Under the pieces are notes generated by a model. That model was given only the letters and a program-made list of their open reading frames with translations, was not told the origin of the DNA and did no database searches. A DNA stretch of 64,000 bases. It comes from an uncultured virus (IMG/VR IMGVR_UViG_3300042540_001084) (taxonomy: Duplodnaviria > Heunggongvirae > Uroviricota > Caudoviricetes). A program made the translations under genes and the position numbers. How positions within the stretch are numbered: position 1 is the stretch's first letter; each line of letters starts with the position of its first letter. Positions 38,341 through 48,490 of this stretch are shown in pieces. The stretch lies in IMG/VR virus record IMGVR_UViG_3300042540_001084. One strand, given 5' to 3'.

Positions 38341-40776
38341 ATGATGTCACTAAAAATCCAAAAAAGAAATGGAGACGATGCTTCGTTTAATCCTCAGAAG
38401 ATATATCTAAGAATTAAACGTTCTGCTAAAGGTCTCAATGTAAACTCTGATGAAATTTTCATTAAAGTTATAACTTCAGTACCAACTGAAGGCAATATTA
38501 CAACTAAAGAGCTTGATAAGTTGGTTTATGAGATTGCTGCCTCATACACAGGTAGTCACCACGATTACTCAAGACTTGCATCTTCAGTTGCAATCTCTTC
38601 ATACCACAAAGAGACTTCTGATAGTTTTTCAGAAACTATGAGAATGTTAAATAACAGTGGTGTGGTTAATGATGCGTTAATCAAGATTATTGACAAGTAT
38701 GGTGATAAGAACATTGATGATGTTATTAAACACGAGAATGATTACAATTTTGATTATTTTGCTTGGAGGTCTCTCCAAGAAATGTATCTATTGAAAACAC
38801 CTGAAGGTAAAGTTGTAGAAAGACCACAACATATGTATATGAGAGTTGCATTGTGGGTTACAAGAACATTTGAAGAAGCGGTTGAATACTACAACTCACT
38901 TTCAAATCAGTTAATCTCACCAGCAACACCAATTATGATTAACTCAGGAACTAAAACACCTCAGTTGGCTTCTTGTGTGTTACATTATAATAATAGCGAC
39001 TCACGAGATGGTTTGTTAGGAACGTTAAACGACATCTCAACATACTCTTCAGACGCTGCTGGTATTGGTTTGTGTATGTCAAACATTAGAAGTAAAGAAA
39101 GTCGTATCAGTTCTTCAGGTGGATATGCAGGCGGTCTATTAAAGTATCTTAAGATTGTTAACGAATCATTACGATATTTTAATCAACAAGGTCGTAGACC
39201 TGGTAGCGCGGCAATTTATATTGAACCTTGGCACAAAGACATTATTGATTTGTTAGAAATCAAGAAGAACACAGGTGCTGAAGAATTAAGAGCTCGTGAT
39301 TTATTTACCGCTCTTTGGATTCCTGATAATTTTATGAGAGCGGTTGAAACAAATGGTGACTGGTATTTGTTCTGTCCTAATGATATTCTAAAGGCGGGTG
39401 TCAAACCATTACAAGAATGTTATGGTCAAGAATATGAAGACAACTACAACAAAGCAGTTGCTTTAGGTTTGGGTAAGAAAGTATCGGCACAAACAATTTG
39501 GTCTAAAATTGTTGAGTCACAAATTGAGACGGGTGTTCCATATTTGTCTTCTAAAGACAATGCAAACAACAAAACAAATCACCAAAACATTGGTGTTGTA
39601 AAACAATCTAATTTGTGTAATGAGATTTACCAATACACTGATGAGGACACAACGGCAATTTGTACCTTGTCTTCTATGGTTCTTAAGAATTTCATTAAAG
39701 ATGGTAAGTTTGATTTGAGACTTCTTCACGATGAAACAAGAAAAGTTGTTAGAGCTCTAAACAAAGTTGTTGACATTAATAACTATTCAACTGAACAAGG
39801 TAGAAAAGGTGGAATGGAACAGAGAGCAATTGCAATTGGAACTCAAGGTTTGGCAGACGTATTCTACTTGTTAGATTATATTTTCACGTCAGAGGAAGCA
39901 CGTCAATTAAATAAAGATATTTTTGAAACAATCTATTACGCTGCTATTAGTGAAAGTAATGAATTGTGTAGAACAGGTCAGTACCAGCCATATAAGTTTT
40001 TTGAAGGTTCACCAATGTCACAAGGAGTATTTCAGTTTGATATGTGGGGTCTTAAAGAAGAAGAACTTTCAGGATTTTGGGATTGGAACGGATTAAAGGA
40101 TGATGTTGCAAAATGGGGTGTTTGTAATTCATTGTTTACTGCTCAGATGCCTGTAGCATCTTCGGCTAAGATTACAGGTTCATATGAAATGACAGAACCA
40201 GCTCACTCGGCAATCTTTAATAGAAGAGTTGTTGGCGGTGAGATTATGATTGTAAACAAGTATCTTATTAGTGATTTTGAAAAAATTGGTATTTGGTGTG
40301 AAGAGTTGAAGAATGAAATTATCTTGAACGAAGGTTCTATTCAAAACATTAACTTTAACAATTACTTGGACCCTGAGGAGAAAAGTTATAACAAAAAGGT
40401 TAAGAGAATCGAACACCTCATTCCAAAATATAAAACCATTTGGGAAATTTCACAAAGAGAGTTGATTGATATGGCGGCTGATAGAGGTCCGTTTATTGAC
40501 CAATCACAATCAATGAACATTTATATGGGTAACCCAACTCTATCAAAAATCACATCATCACATTTCCACTCTTGGAGGAAAGGTTTGAAAACTTTGTGTT
40601 ACTATGTAAGAACAAAGGCGATTTCTACGGGGGCTAAACATTTGGCGGTTGACATTTCTAAAATTCAAAAACCAAAGGTTGCGACACCCGAAACACCAAA
40701 AGTAGATTATTCGAATATGAATCTACCACCAAAACCTGAGAATAGTGAATTTGAATGTTTTGGTTGTTCATCTTAA
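38341..40776 (+). CDS. nrdA: ribonucleotide reductase class Ia alpha subunit with ATP cone
   Basis: KRNG ATP cone, ERPQHMYMR, SPATP, LASC, QQGRRPG, SNLCNEI, MPVASSA, DQSQSMN, YYVRT, C-terminal CFGCSS. Confidence 0.97.
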   Translation: MMSLKIQKRNGDDASFNPQKIYLRIKRSAKGLNVNSDEIFIKVITSVPTEGNITTKELDKLVYEIAASYTGSHHDYSRLASSVAISSYHKETSDSFSETMRMLNNSGVVNDALIKIIDKYGDKNIDDVIKHENDYNFDYFAWRSLQEMYLLKTPEGKVVERPQHMYMRVALWVTRTFEEAVEYYNSLSNQLISPATPIMINSGTKTPQLASCVLHYNNSDSRDGLLGTLNDISTYSSDAAGIGLCMSNIRSKESRISSSGGYAGGLLKYLKIVNESLRYFNQQGRRPGSAAIYIEPWHKDIIDLLEIKKNTGAEELRARDLFTALWIPDNFMRAVETNGDWYLFCPNDILKAGVKPLQECYGQEYEDNYNKAVALGLGKKVSAQTIWSKIVESQIETGVPYLSSKDNANNKTNHQNIGVVKQSNLCNEIYQYTDEDTTAICTLSSMVLKNFIKDGKFDLRLLHDETRKVVRALNKVVDINNYSTEQGRKGGMEQRAIAIGTQGLADVFYLLDYIFTSEEARQLNKDIFETIYYAAISESNELCRTGQYQPYKFFEGSPMSQGVFQFDMWGLKEEELSGFWDWNGLKDDVAKWGVCNSLFTAQMPVASSAKITGSYEMTEPAHSAIFNRRVVGGEIMIVNKYLISDFEKIGIWCEELKNEIILNEGSIQNINFNNYLDPEEKSYNKKVKRIEHLIPKYKTIWEISQRELIDMAADRGPFIDQSQSMNIYMGNPTLSKITSSHFHSWRKGLKTLCYYVRTKAISTGAKHLAVDISKIQKPKVATPETPKVDYSNMNLPPKPENSEFECFGCSS

Positions 40777-40786
40777 TCGAGACACT

Positions 40787-40813
40787 AATCCCGACACTAT
40801 GTCGGGATTTTTT
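40787..40813 (+). terminator. intrinsic terminator after nrdA
   Basis: AATCCCGACA-cta-TGTCGGGATT followed by T run. Confidence 0.8.
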
Positions 40814-40861
40814 ATTTTATAGGTATTTATAAGAAATAATTACAATTTATATTAGTATAGA

Positions 40862-41332
40862 ATGGCTGAAGGTTTAACATATGGATTGAATTTCCCTTTT
40901 GAAAACTCAACTCAGGGTGATTACCTTTTGTTGACAGAGACGCAGTATAATCAGATACGTTCAGATTTATTGCATTTGATTCTAACAAGAAAGGGTTCAA
41001 GGTATTACTTACCAACTTTTGGGACTAGAATATATGAGTTTATTTTTGAACCTTTTGATGGTTTAACCTTTGATGCTATTGAGGCAGACATAAGGGATGC
41101 GGTTAGTCAATTTATGCCGAACCTAATTATAAACAATATTTCAATTGAACCTGCGGACCCTACAGTTGAAGTTGAATATGCCCGAGGAGAAAATTTACCA
41201 ATGCAATCTAACGAATACGTTTATAAAGTACCTGGTAAAGGAACATCAGAATATACCGCAAAAGTTAAAATAGATTATGCAGTAGATAATACGGCATTTG
41301 CACAAAGTGATTTTGTGATTATCAATATTTAA
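40862..41332 (+). CDS. baseplate wedge protein, gp25-like
   Basis: LILTRKGSRYYLPTFGTRIYEFIFEP. Confidence 0.9.
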   Translation: MAEGLTYGLNFPFENSTQGDYLLLTETQYNQIRSDLLHLILTRKGSRYYLPTFGTRIYEFIFEPFDGLTFDAIEADIRDAVSQFMPNLIINNISIEPADPTVEVEYARGENLPMQSNEYVYKVPGKGTSEYTAKVKIDYAVDNTAFAQSDFVIINI

Positions 41333-41338
41333 GAATAG

Positions 41339-43177
41339 ATGGCAAATAATAAAATCTCATACACTTCAAGGGATTACGAAAGTATAAGACTGGAGTTACA
41401 AAATTATGTTAGAACATATTATCCTGAATTAATACAGGATTTCAACGACGCGTCAGTATTTTCAGTATTCTTAGATTTGAATGCTGCGGTTGCCGATAAC
41501 CTACATTACCATATTGATAGAAGCATACAAGAAACTGTATTACAATATGCACAACAACGTTCATCAATTTATAACATTGCCAGAACATATGGTTTAAAAG
41601 TTCCAGGTCAAAGACCTTCAGTGTCAGTTGTTGATTTCTCAATTACTGTACCAGCATATGGTGACAAAGAAGATGAAAGATATTTGGGTATTCTAAACAG
41701 AGGGTCCCAAGTTTTTGGTGCGGGTATTGTTTTTGAAAACCAATACGAGATTGATTTCGCTTCACCATACAACTCACAAGGATTTCCTAATAGACTCAAG
41801 ATTCCAAACTTTGACGCTAATGGAAACTTGATTAACTATACGATTACTAAAAGAGAACAAGTTGTTAATGGATTAACAAAAGTTTTCAAAAAAGTTATTG
41901 GACCTGCCGATGTAAAACCGTTCTATGAATTATTCTTACCTGATAAGAATGTTTTAGGTATTACAAGTGTATTATTGAAAAATGGTACAAACTATACAAA
42001 CACACCAACAGCTGCGGAATTTTTAGGTTTAGCGAATAGATGGTATGAGGTGGATGCTTTGGCTGAAGATAGAATCTTCATCGAAGACCCAACTAAAGTT
42101 TCAGACGACCCGGGTATTAAAGTAGGTAGGTATCTACAAACTAATAACAAATTCATTTCTGAATTTACACCTGAAGGTTTCTGTAAGATGACCTTTGGTG
42201 GTGGAACAACCTCAGCACAAGACCAATTAAATGCCTTTACCAATTTAGGTGTCCCAGTTAACCTACAAACTTTATCAAATAACTTTTCATTAGGTTCAAC
42301 ATTAGTTCCTAATACGACCTTATTTGTTCAGTATAGAGTTGGTGGTGGACTTGCAACTAACTTGGGGGTTAATGTTATTAACCAAGTTGGAACGGTATCA
42401 TTCTTTGTTAATGGTCCTTCACAACAAACCAACAGTAGTGTGATTAATTCATTAAGATGTACCAACCCGATAGCGGCTATTGGAGGTGCTAATGCGCCAA
42501 ATGTTGAAGAAGTTAGAAACTATGTTACATATAACTTTGCAGCACAAAAAAGAGCGGTTACTGTAAATGACTACGAAGCAATTTTAAGAACAATGCCAAG
42601 TCAGTTTGGTGCACCGGCAAAAGTATCAATCACTGAAAACAATAACAAAATACAAATTAACTTATTGTCTTATGATACTTCAGGAAAATTAACACCACTC
42701 GTATCAAATACTTTACGACAAAATGTTGCAACTTATTTATCAAACTATCGAATGATGAATGATTATGTAGTTGTTGGTTCTGCCGAAGTTATAGATTTGG
42801 CTGTGGAGGTTTTTGTTGTATTAGACGCGTCTCAAAACTCAGGTCAAATTGTTACCGATGTTGTTAATAAAATTGGAGATTACTTTAACCCTCAAGTAAG
42901 ACAACTTGGTCAGAATGTATATCTATCAGAATTAAAAAGTATTATTCAAAACCAAAATGGTGTTATTACGGTAACTGAAATAATAGTTGAAAACAAAGTT
43001 GGTGCACAGTATTCATCATCACAAACTTCGATGGCATATGCTGACCCTGAGTTAAAAATTATCAGACCTGTAGATGATACCATATTTGCAGAACCTAACC
43101 AAGTGTATCAAATTAGATACCCACAAAAAGATATTAAGGTTCGTGTTAAGAATTTCCAAAATGTTTCCTTCTCTTAA
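41339..43177 (+). CDS. baseplate wedge protein, gp6/baseplate-J-like
   Basis: YTSRDYESIR, AQQRSSIYNIA, FGGG, YRVGGG..TN, GGANA..VEEVR, QKRAVTVNDY. Confidence 0.9.
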   Translation: MANNKISYTSRDYESIRLELQNYVRTYYPELIQDFNDASVFSVFLDLNAAVADNLHYHIDRSIQETVLQYAQQRSSIYNIARTYGLKVPGQRPSVSVVDFSITVPAYGDKEDERYLGILNRGSQVFGAGIVFENQYEIDFASPYNSQGFPNRLKIPNFDANGNLINYTITKREQVVNGLTKVFKKVIGPADVKPFYELFLPDKNVLGITSVLLKNGTNYTNTPTAAEFLGLANRWYEVDALAEDRIFIEDPTKVSDDPGIKVGRYLQTNNKFISEFTPEGFCKMTFGGGTTSAQDQLNAFTNLGVPVNLQTLSNNFSLGSTLVPNTTLFVQYRVGGGLATNLGVNVINQVGTVSFFVNGPSQQTNSSVINSLRCTNPIAAIGGANAPNVEEVRNYVTYNFAAQKRAVTVNDYEAILRTMPSQFGAPAKVSITENNNKIQINLLSYDTSGKLTPLVSNTLRQNVATYLSNYRMMNDYVVVGSAEVIDLAVEVFVVLDASQNSGQIVTDVVNKIGDYFNPQVRQLGQNVYLSELKSIIQNQNGVITVTEIIVENKVGAQYSSSQTSMAYADPELKIIRPVDDTIFAEPNQVYQIRYPQKDIKVRVKNFQNVSFS

Positions 43178-43270
43178 CTTGTTTATTTAATTTACGTTTA
43201 GGTTATTTTTTAAATACGTGTGGAATTCCTTTTCAAAATTCCAAAATAACTATTTATCAATAAAACCTGA

Positions 43271-46200
43271 ATGGGAAAGTCATATAGGATAAAAACAGAA
43301 GTTGGGGTCGATAAACATATCACCTTAGAATTAGAACAAGATTTTGATTTTTTAGAAATCTTATCATTACAGATTTCACAAAATGACGTTTATAGTCGAG
43401 ACTGCTCACAATACGGAGTTATTGTGGGTAGAGTTATTGCCAATGGTGGTTTAGGATTAGCAAACGCTAAAGTATCAATTTTCATTCCTGTCACACAAGA
43501 AGATGTTGTGAATGACCAAATTTATGAAATTTATTCATACGCGACACCAAACGATAAAAACGTTGATGGGTATAGGTATAATCTATTACCTTATGAACCT
43601 CAATACGTAAAACACGCCGCAACAGGAACATTCCCAACAAGAGAAGATGTTTTAAAAGACCCTGTCGCAGCTCAATTATATGACAAATATTACAAATATA
43701 CTGTAACCACAAATGAAAGTGGTGACTATATGATTTTTGGTGTTCCTACAGGAGACCAAGTAATATTGATGGATTTAGATTTGAGTGACATCGGAGAGTT
43801 CTCACTCACACCTCAAGACCTTATAAGAATGGGTAGGGCAACTGAAGCTCAAGTTGGGGGAGATAGATTCAACTCATCTACAGATATTGATACATTACCA
43901 CAAATAGTTTCATTACAGAAAGTAATTGACGTTAGTCCATTTTGGGGTGACCCAAATCAATGTCTTGCTGCCGTTAATAGAGTTGATTTTGATTTACGAC
44001 AAGAAGCAAATATTGAAATAGAACCGACAGCGGTTTTTATTGGTTCTATGGTTTCAACTATAGATAAGTTTAGAGTTGCTGCGCCTTTCTTTGGTAACGA
44101 TGGACCTCCAGGAATGATTCAATCCGCTTGTAAACCAAAAGACAATTTAGGCAATCTTTGTAATTTAACATCAGGACCCGGTCAGATATTATCTGTGAGA
44201 CAAACTATATTCCAAGATGACCAAGGTAGACCTGTACTTGAAGAATATAGATTACCAAATTCAGGTAATGTAATTGACCAAGATGGTACTTGGGTTACTG
44301 AGTTACCAATGAATTTAAATTACGTGATAACCGCTGAAGACGGAAGCAGAATTTTTTCAAATGACCCGTCAGTCGGAATACCAACTAAAGCAAAATATAG
44401 ATTCAAAGTTAAGTGGGCACAATCTCCTCAAGCAACTGAAAAAGTTAGAAGACCATATTATTTAGTTCCAAATGTGAGGGAGTATGGGTGGAGTAATCCT
44501 TTCCAAGACCCGACATATAATACCACTTCAGCCGCAGTTGAAAGTGAATTACAAAGCTCATATTATTTTGGGTTAGAATGGTCGGGATATACAGGTAACA
44601 AGGCGGTTCCTGCAAGTATACAAAATCAGAAACTGGCTGCGGCAATAAATTGTGAAGATACTTTTTATGAGTTTGATTTTAATAAAGTCTACACAGTATC
44701 ATCTTTAATTGACCAATATAAGAGAGGGACTAATCGTGCAAAATTTATTGGTATTAAAGAAATTGATGACGATGAATGTGCGTCAACAGTTAATAAATTT
44801 CCCGTAAATGAAGGTTTTAAAAACTTTGATGCAATATATTTCTTATTTGCAATATTGATGCAAATAGTCCAACTATTCGGTTCAATACAAATCGTAGTAT
44901 GGAATATTTTGGGGTCTCTTTGGAACGCAATTTCAGGGGTATTAGCACCTGTTGTAATCGGATTAATTTTTTATCTATCAGTATCATTCTTTATTCAAGC
45001 AGGAGCGGCTTTTCCTGCGATAGGTGTAATGATTCTGTCCGCGGCTGTTGGAGCGGGTCTTTTAATTTTAGGTATAAGATTGATACAAAACTATCAAAAT
45101 TTTAAATCAAAAAGATTTGGTCCTATAAGATTACCAATGATAACATACCCCGGTTGTACTGCGTGTGATTGTAAACCTGGTGATACTTCAGATGATAATG
45201 GTTCAGTTCCTTTTTCATTACTAAGTCAATTTTCTAATAATGGATTGTATTTTGAAAAAATAAATGAGGGTTCATTACCATATCAAACGGGTGATGATAC
45301 AGAATTGTCTGAAGCAAACAAAGGTGTTGTTGCATTAACTTTTTCGCAAGCTATGGGTACTAGAGTTGAGAAGGTTAATGAAATTTATCAATTTAAATCA
45401 ACCGAGTCTGAAGTTAGTAGATTACCTGATTCTAAATATGAGGTGTTAAATGTGAAGTTAGTACCAAGAAAATTCTTTGCTTACTCAACAAGTATACCTA
45501 TGGGAGCGAGAATTAATACATTCAACACAAGAAAAAAATATTTTGATGATATCAATAAAATGAGTGTCAGTTTTAACTACACCGGAAATACGGGTGTAAA
45601 TCACTATGACAACAGCTTAACAATTGTAACATCAACTAATTTTGAAACTGGTACATTACTTACTTTTGTAAATCCACAAAGCAGTAAAGACGTTAACTAT
45701 CTATACACAGGAGAAACTTTTGATGGTGCTTACATTACTGGTATCTCAGGAGAAACTTTATTTCCATCTGCAGGACCGATACAGATTGATTACGCAACAG
45801 GTCAATTCACAAATAGTAGTGTTACCTACTATTTGAATACAGGTTCAACCGAAACGAATTACAAATATCCTATGGATATTGAGTATTATCAAGTTATCAC
45901 TGCAATCACAATGAGTGAGGCGTTTAACTTGAGTGCATCTCAAGGTTGTTCTACTTGTCAAACATATACTATAACAACAATAGAACCGTATACAAATGCA
46001 CCTACTTCTACAACTATAAACTACATAGATTGTAATAACACACCTCAAACAGTATCGTTAGGTCCTACAGTTGATGATGGATTTGGAAGATACGACCCTA
46101 TTAGTATGGATATTTGTGCGTGTCAACCACCAACTATAGACCAAGGTAGTATAACAGTTGTTGGTAACTGTCCACCACCAATAAGTTATGGGGGGTTTGT

Positions 46201-48490
46201 TGAAATGTTAGACTCATCAACAATTATAAAATACAACGCTAGAAATCTTTTAGCTTGGCCTGGTAACAGTGATGGTAGTGATTTATCAACTAAAACATTA
46301 AAGACACGAGATGTCTTTAGTGATTTTGATAATCAATATGTTCTGATATTACAAAGAGGTGTTGACCCATATTCACCGAAATATACTAACAAGTATGGGG
46401 TTGGTAAAATACTTGGGTTTCCGAATGAAAATGATATTATTATTACGGGTGAAACAAGAATAAATGTACCAATTCAAGCGTTAAATAGTTCATCAACAAT
46501 CTCAGTTCAAAATCATAGTAATCAAACTGAGATTTTCATACCATCTAAATTTTTTAGAGCGGGTAATGACTTTTCAGGTTTTACATCAGAGAATGTTGGA
46601 TACTATAGTAGTTTAGATAAATCTACTAATTTTGGAACTTATTTTTATGGTCCGAACGCATCGAGTAATTTTTCGTTTGTAACCGGATTCTTTAACAGAC
46701 CAACACTTAGCGGAGCCCAATCATTAACAACTAATAGTGTAAACAACAGTTATTCTTCGACACCAAATTGGGCTAGATATGATAACTCAGAAGATTTATC
46801 GGGTGGTGATTACTACTATACAATATCATCTGAGAAACCTAATAACACGAGTTCATTATACCTGTCTTTTTCACTATTACCTAAATTTACTGGTACAAGT
46901 TTTAATAACAATATTCAATCTAAGTTTTATAATGTTATGAGAACTGATAGACTACCTAGTTCGGATTATTTAGATGGGTCAAGTTGGGATTCTATTGTCC
47001 CTGTATTACAACAAAACAATGGTTTTGCGATATATGTTTTAAACACCGACAGTGAAGATTTTACAACTGAAAACTTCTCAACGGGATTTGAAACTGTAGA
47101 ACCTGACATCCAAGATTTACCAGCAAGTACAAACGTTTTAGAAAGTTTTGATTGTGCTAATATGGTTAGTCTAAGTTGTTATGAGAATCAAGGAACAACA
47201 TTTAGTATAAACCCTAACTGCCCCGCAACTGATGTTGTTGAAAGAGGGTGTTATGTGATTATGCCTGACGGACCAAAAATTAATGGAGCTGCCATTCGCA
47301 AAGATTTATTGGCGTTTAAAGAATGGGGTCTAAGATTTAGATTCTTTTACGCTTTATGTAGAGGAGTTTTAGCTCAAACTTTTACAAATAACTGGATAAA
47401 CGGAACACTGTTTACGGTACCAATTCAAACAAGACCTATTTTTAATAGTGATAACACTTTGGATGAAATATTATATTGTAAGGAGTTTGTTTACTATGAT
47501 AAATCAAGTGCTAACTTCTATATGAGAAGTAGTCCATATAGTGCAACAATAAATAGATTTATTGGTAAGATACCAACACCTCTAAATGAGACTGGTTCTT
47601 TAAATACTAGAAATTTATTATTCCCAACAACAGTTATAAACTTAGGACCTAAAGATTTTATTTACGCAGAGCTTAGTTTAGAACCAAGTATGAGAGGATA
47701 CGTGATAAATCAAATCACACCGTCAAGCTATGGGGACACTTCAGACTTAGTTAACCTCTTTGTTGTTAGTAGAATTTCAAATTCTGAATACTTAAGTAAA
47801 TTATTAACATTGGGTAATCCTAATGGTGTTGTTAACCAATTATTCTCAAGAGAAGAAAGAAGAGTTGATGGGGATTTGGCGCAACTTATGTCAATAAATT
47901 CTGAATTTGGTGTTGTTAAATTTTCACCCGACGCATATGAAAGTACTGGTAACACATCAACAAGTGAGATTCAAATTTTAGGTGCTCCGGGCTCTAAATC
48001 AGTTATGGCGGTGTTTTTCTCTTCAACAACGGAAGACCTTCAGTATAAAGACTTTATAACACCTGGTAGAATAAATTTTAGACCTAATCCTACTGCAAAC
48101 GCGTATCAATATGTTTATGGTATTAAATCACAAACGGTTCCATTTTATCAGTGGAGGACAACTACATTTGGCGGTTCTAATACTATATTTGGAGGTGAAA
48201 ATAATAACTGGGCAACGGATGGTTCAAATATACAACAATACAAGTATCAGTCACTTAGTAGAACCAACCCTGTCAGTCCAACATACTTCTTAGGTTCAAA
48301 CGCTCTTACCAATGATTTATATGCTCGTGGTTATATCTATAATGTAGATAACAATGGATTATTATCATTAAACGCTGGTAATTACCCAAGAACATTTTTA
48401 GTTGGTGCACCAAATCATTTTTATTTTGGATTAATAAATGGTGCCAGCGCTTTAGATAAATTTAAGGAAAAATATTTGGCAGATGAATAA
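43271..48490 (+). CDS. large virion-module protein with an N-terminal prealbumin/CarboxypepD_reg-like domain and an internal hydrophobic segment
   Basis: GVIVGRVIANGGLGLANAKVSIF...TTNESGDYMIFGVPTG; about 85 uncharged hydrophobic residues near 44831-45085; TATTTAT at 43251. Confidence 0.6.
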   Translation: MGKSYRIKTEVGVDKHITLELEQDFDFLEILSLQISQNDVYSRDCSQYGVIVGRVIANGGLGLANAKVSIFIPVTQEDVVNDQIYEIYSYATPNDKNVDGYRYNLLPYEPQYVKHAATGTFPTREDVLKDPVAAQLYDKYYKYTVTTNESGDYMIFGVPTGDQVILMDLDLSDIGEFSLTPQDLIRMGRATEAQVGGDRFNSSTDIDTLPQIVSLQKVIDVSPFWGDPNQCLAAVNRVDFDLRQEANIEIEPTAVFIGSMVSTIDKFRVAAPFFGNDGPPGMIQSACKPKDNLGNLCNLTSGPGQILSVRQTIFQDDQGRPVLEEYRLPNSGNVIDQDGTWVTELPMNLNYVITAEDGSRIFSNDPSVGIPTKAKYRFKVKWAQSPQATEKVRRPYYLVPNVREYGWSNPFQDPTYNTTSAAVESELQSSYYFGLEWSGYTGNKAVPASIQNQKLAAAINCEDTFYEFDFNKVYTVSSLIDQYKRGTNRAKFIGIKEIDDDECASTVNKFPVNEGFKNFDAIYFLFAILMQIVQLFGSIQIVVWNILGSLWNAISGVLAPVVIGLIFYLSVSFFIQAGAAFPAIGVMILSAAVGAGLLILGIRLIQNYQNFKSKRFGPIRLPMITYPGCTACDCKPGDTSDDNGSVPFSLLSQFSNNGLYFEKINEGSLPYQTGDDTELSEANKGVVALTFSQAMGTRVEKVNEIYQFKSTESEVSRLPDSKYEVLNVKLVPRKFFAYSTSIPMGARINTFNTRKKYFDDINKMSVSFNYTGNTGVNHYDNSLTIVTSTNFETGTLLTFVNPQSSKDVNYLYTGETFDGAYITGISGETLFPSAGPIQIDYATGQFTNSSVTYYLNTGSTETNYKYPMDIEYYQVITAITMSEAFNLSASQGCSTCQTYTITTIEPYTNAPTSTTINYIDCNNTPQTVSLGPTVDDGFGRYDPISMDICACQPPTIDQGSITVVGNCPPPISYGGFVEMLDSSTIIKYNARNLLAWPGNSDGSDLSTKTLKTRDVFSDFDNQYVLILQRGVDPYSPKYTNKYGVGKILGFPNENDIIITGETRINVPIQALNSSSTISVQNHSNQTEIFIPSKFFRAGNDFSGFTSENVGYYSSLDKSTNFGTYFYGPNASSNFSFVTGFFNRPTLSGAQSLTTNSVNNSYSSTPNWARYDNSEDLSGGDYYYTISSEKPNNTSSLYLSFSLLPKFTGTSFNNNIQSKFYNVMRTDRLPSSDYLDGSSWDSIVPVLQQNNGFAIYVLNTDSEDFTTENFSTGFETVEPDIQDLPASTNVLESFDCANMVSLSCYENQGTTFSINPNCPATDVVERGCYVIMPDGPKINGAAIRKDLLAFKEWGLRFRFFYALCRGVLAQTFTNNWINGTLFTVPIQTRPIFNSDNTLDEILYCKEFVYYDKSSANFYMRSSPYSATINRFIGKIPTPLNETGSLNTRNLLFPTTVINLGPKDFIYAELSLEPSMRGYVINQITPSSYGDTSDLVNLFVVSRISNSEYLSKLLTLGNPNGVVNQLFSREERRVDGDLAQLMSINSEFGVVKFSPDAYESTGNTSTSEIQILGAPGSKSVMAVFFSSTTEDLQYKDFITPGRINFRPNPTANAYQYVYGIKSQTVPFYQWRTTTFGGSNTIFGGENNNWATDGSNIQQYKYQSLSRTNPVSPTYFLGSNALTNDLYARGYIYNVDNNGLLSLNAGNYPRTFLVGAPNHFYFGLINGASALDKFKEKYLADE

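Noticed and set aside
834..40776. Inteins or introns in polB, helicases, RecA or nrdAB
   Set aside because: Lengths are ordinary, motifs are contiguous, and no intein termini or LAGLIDADG motifs were noticed.
11945..43177. Bacterial eCIS, tailocin or T6SS locus
   Set aside because: Tail genes are interleaved with a phage replisome and neck genes, and no host housekeeping context is present.
43228..43238. CCTTTTCAAAA shared with 58798-58808 upstream of two TATTTAT sites
   Set aside because: Only two copies at different spacings in AT-rich DNA; not distinguishable from chance.
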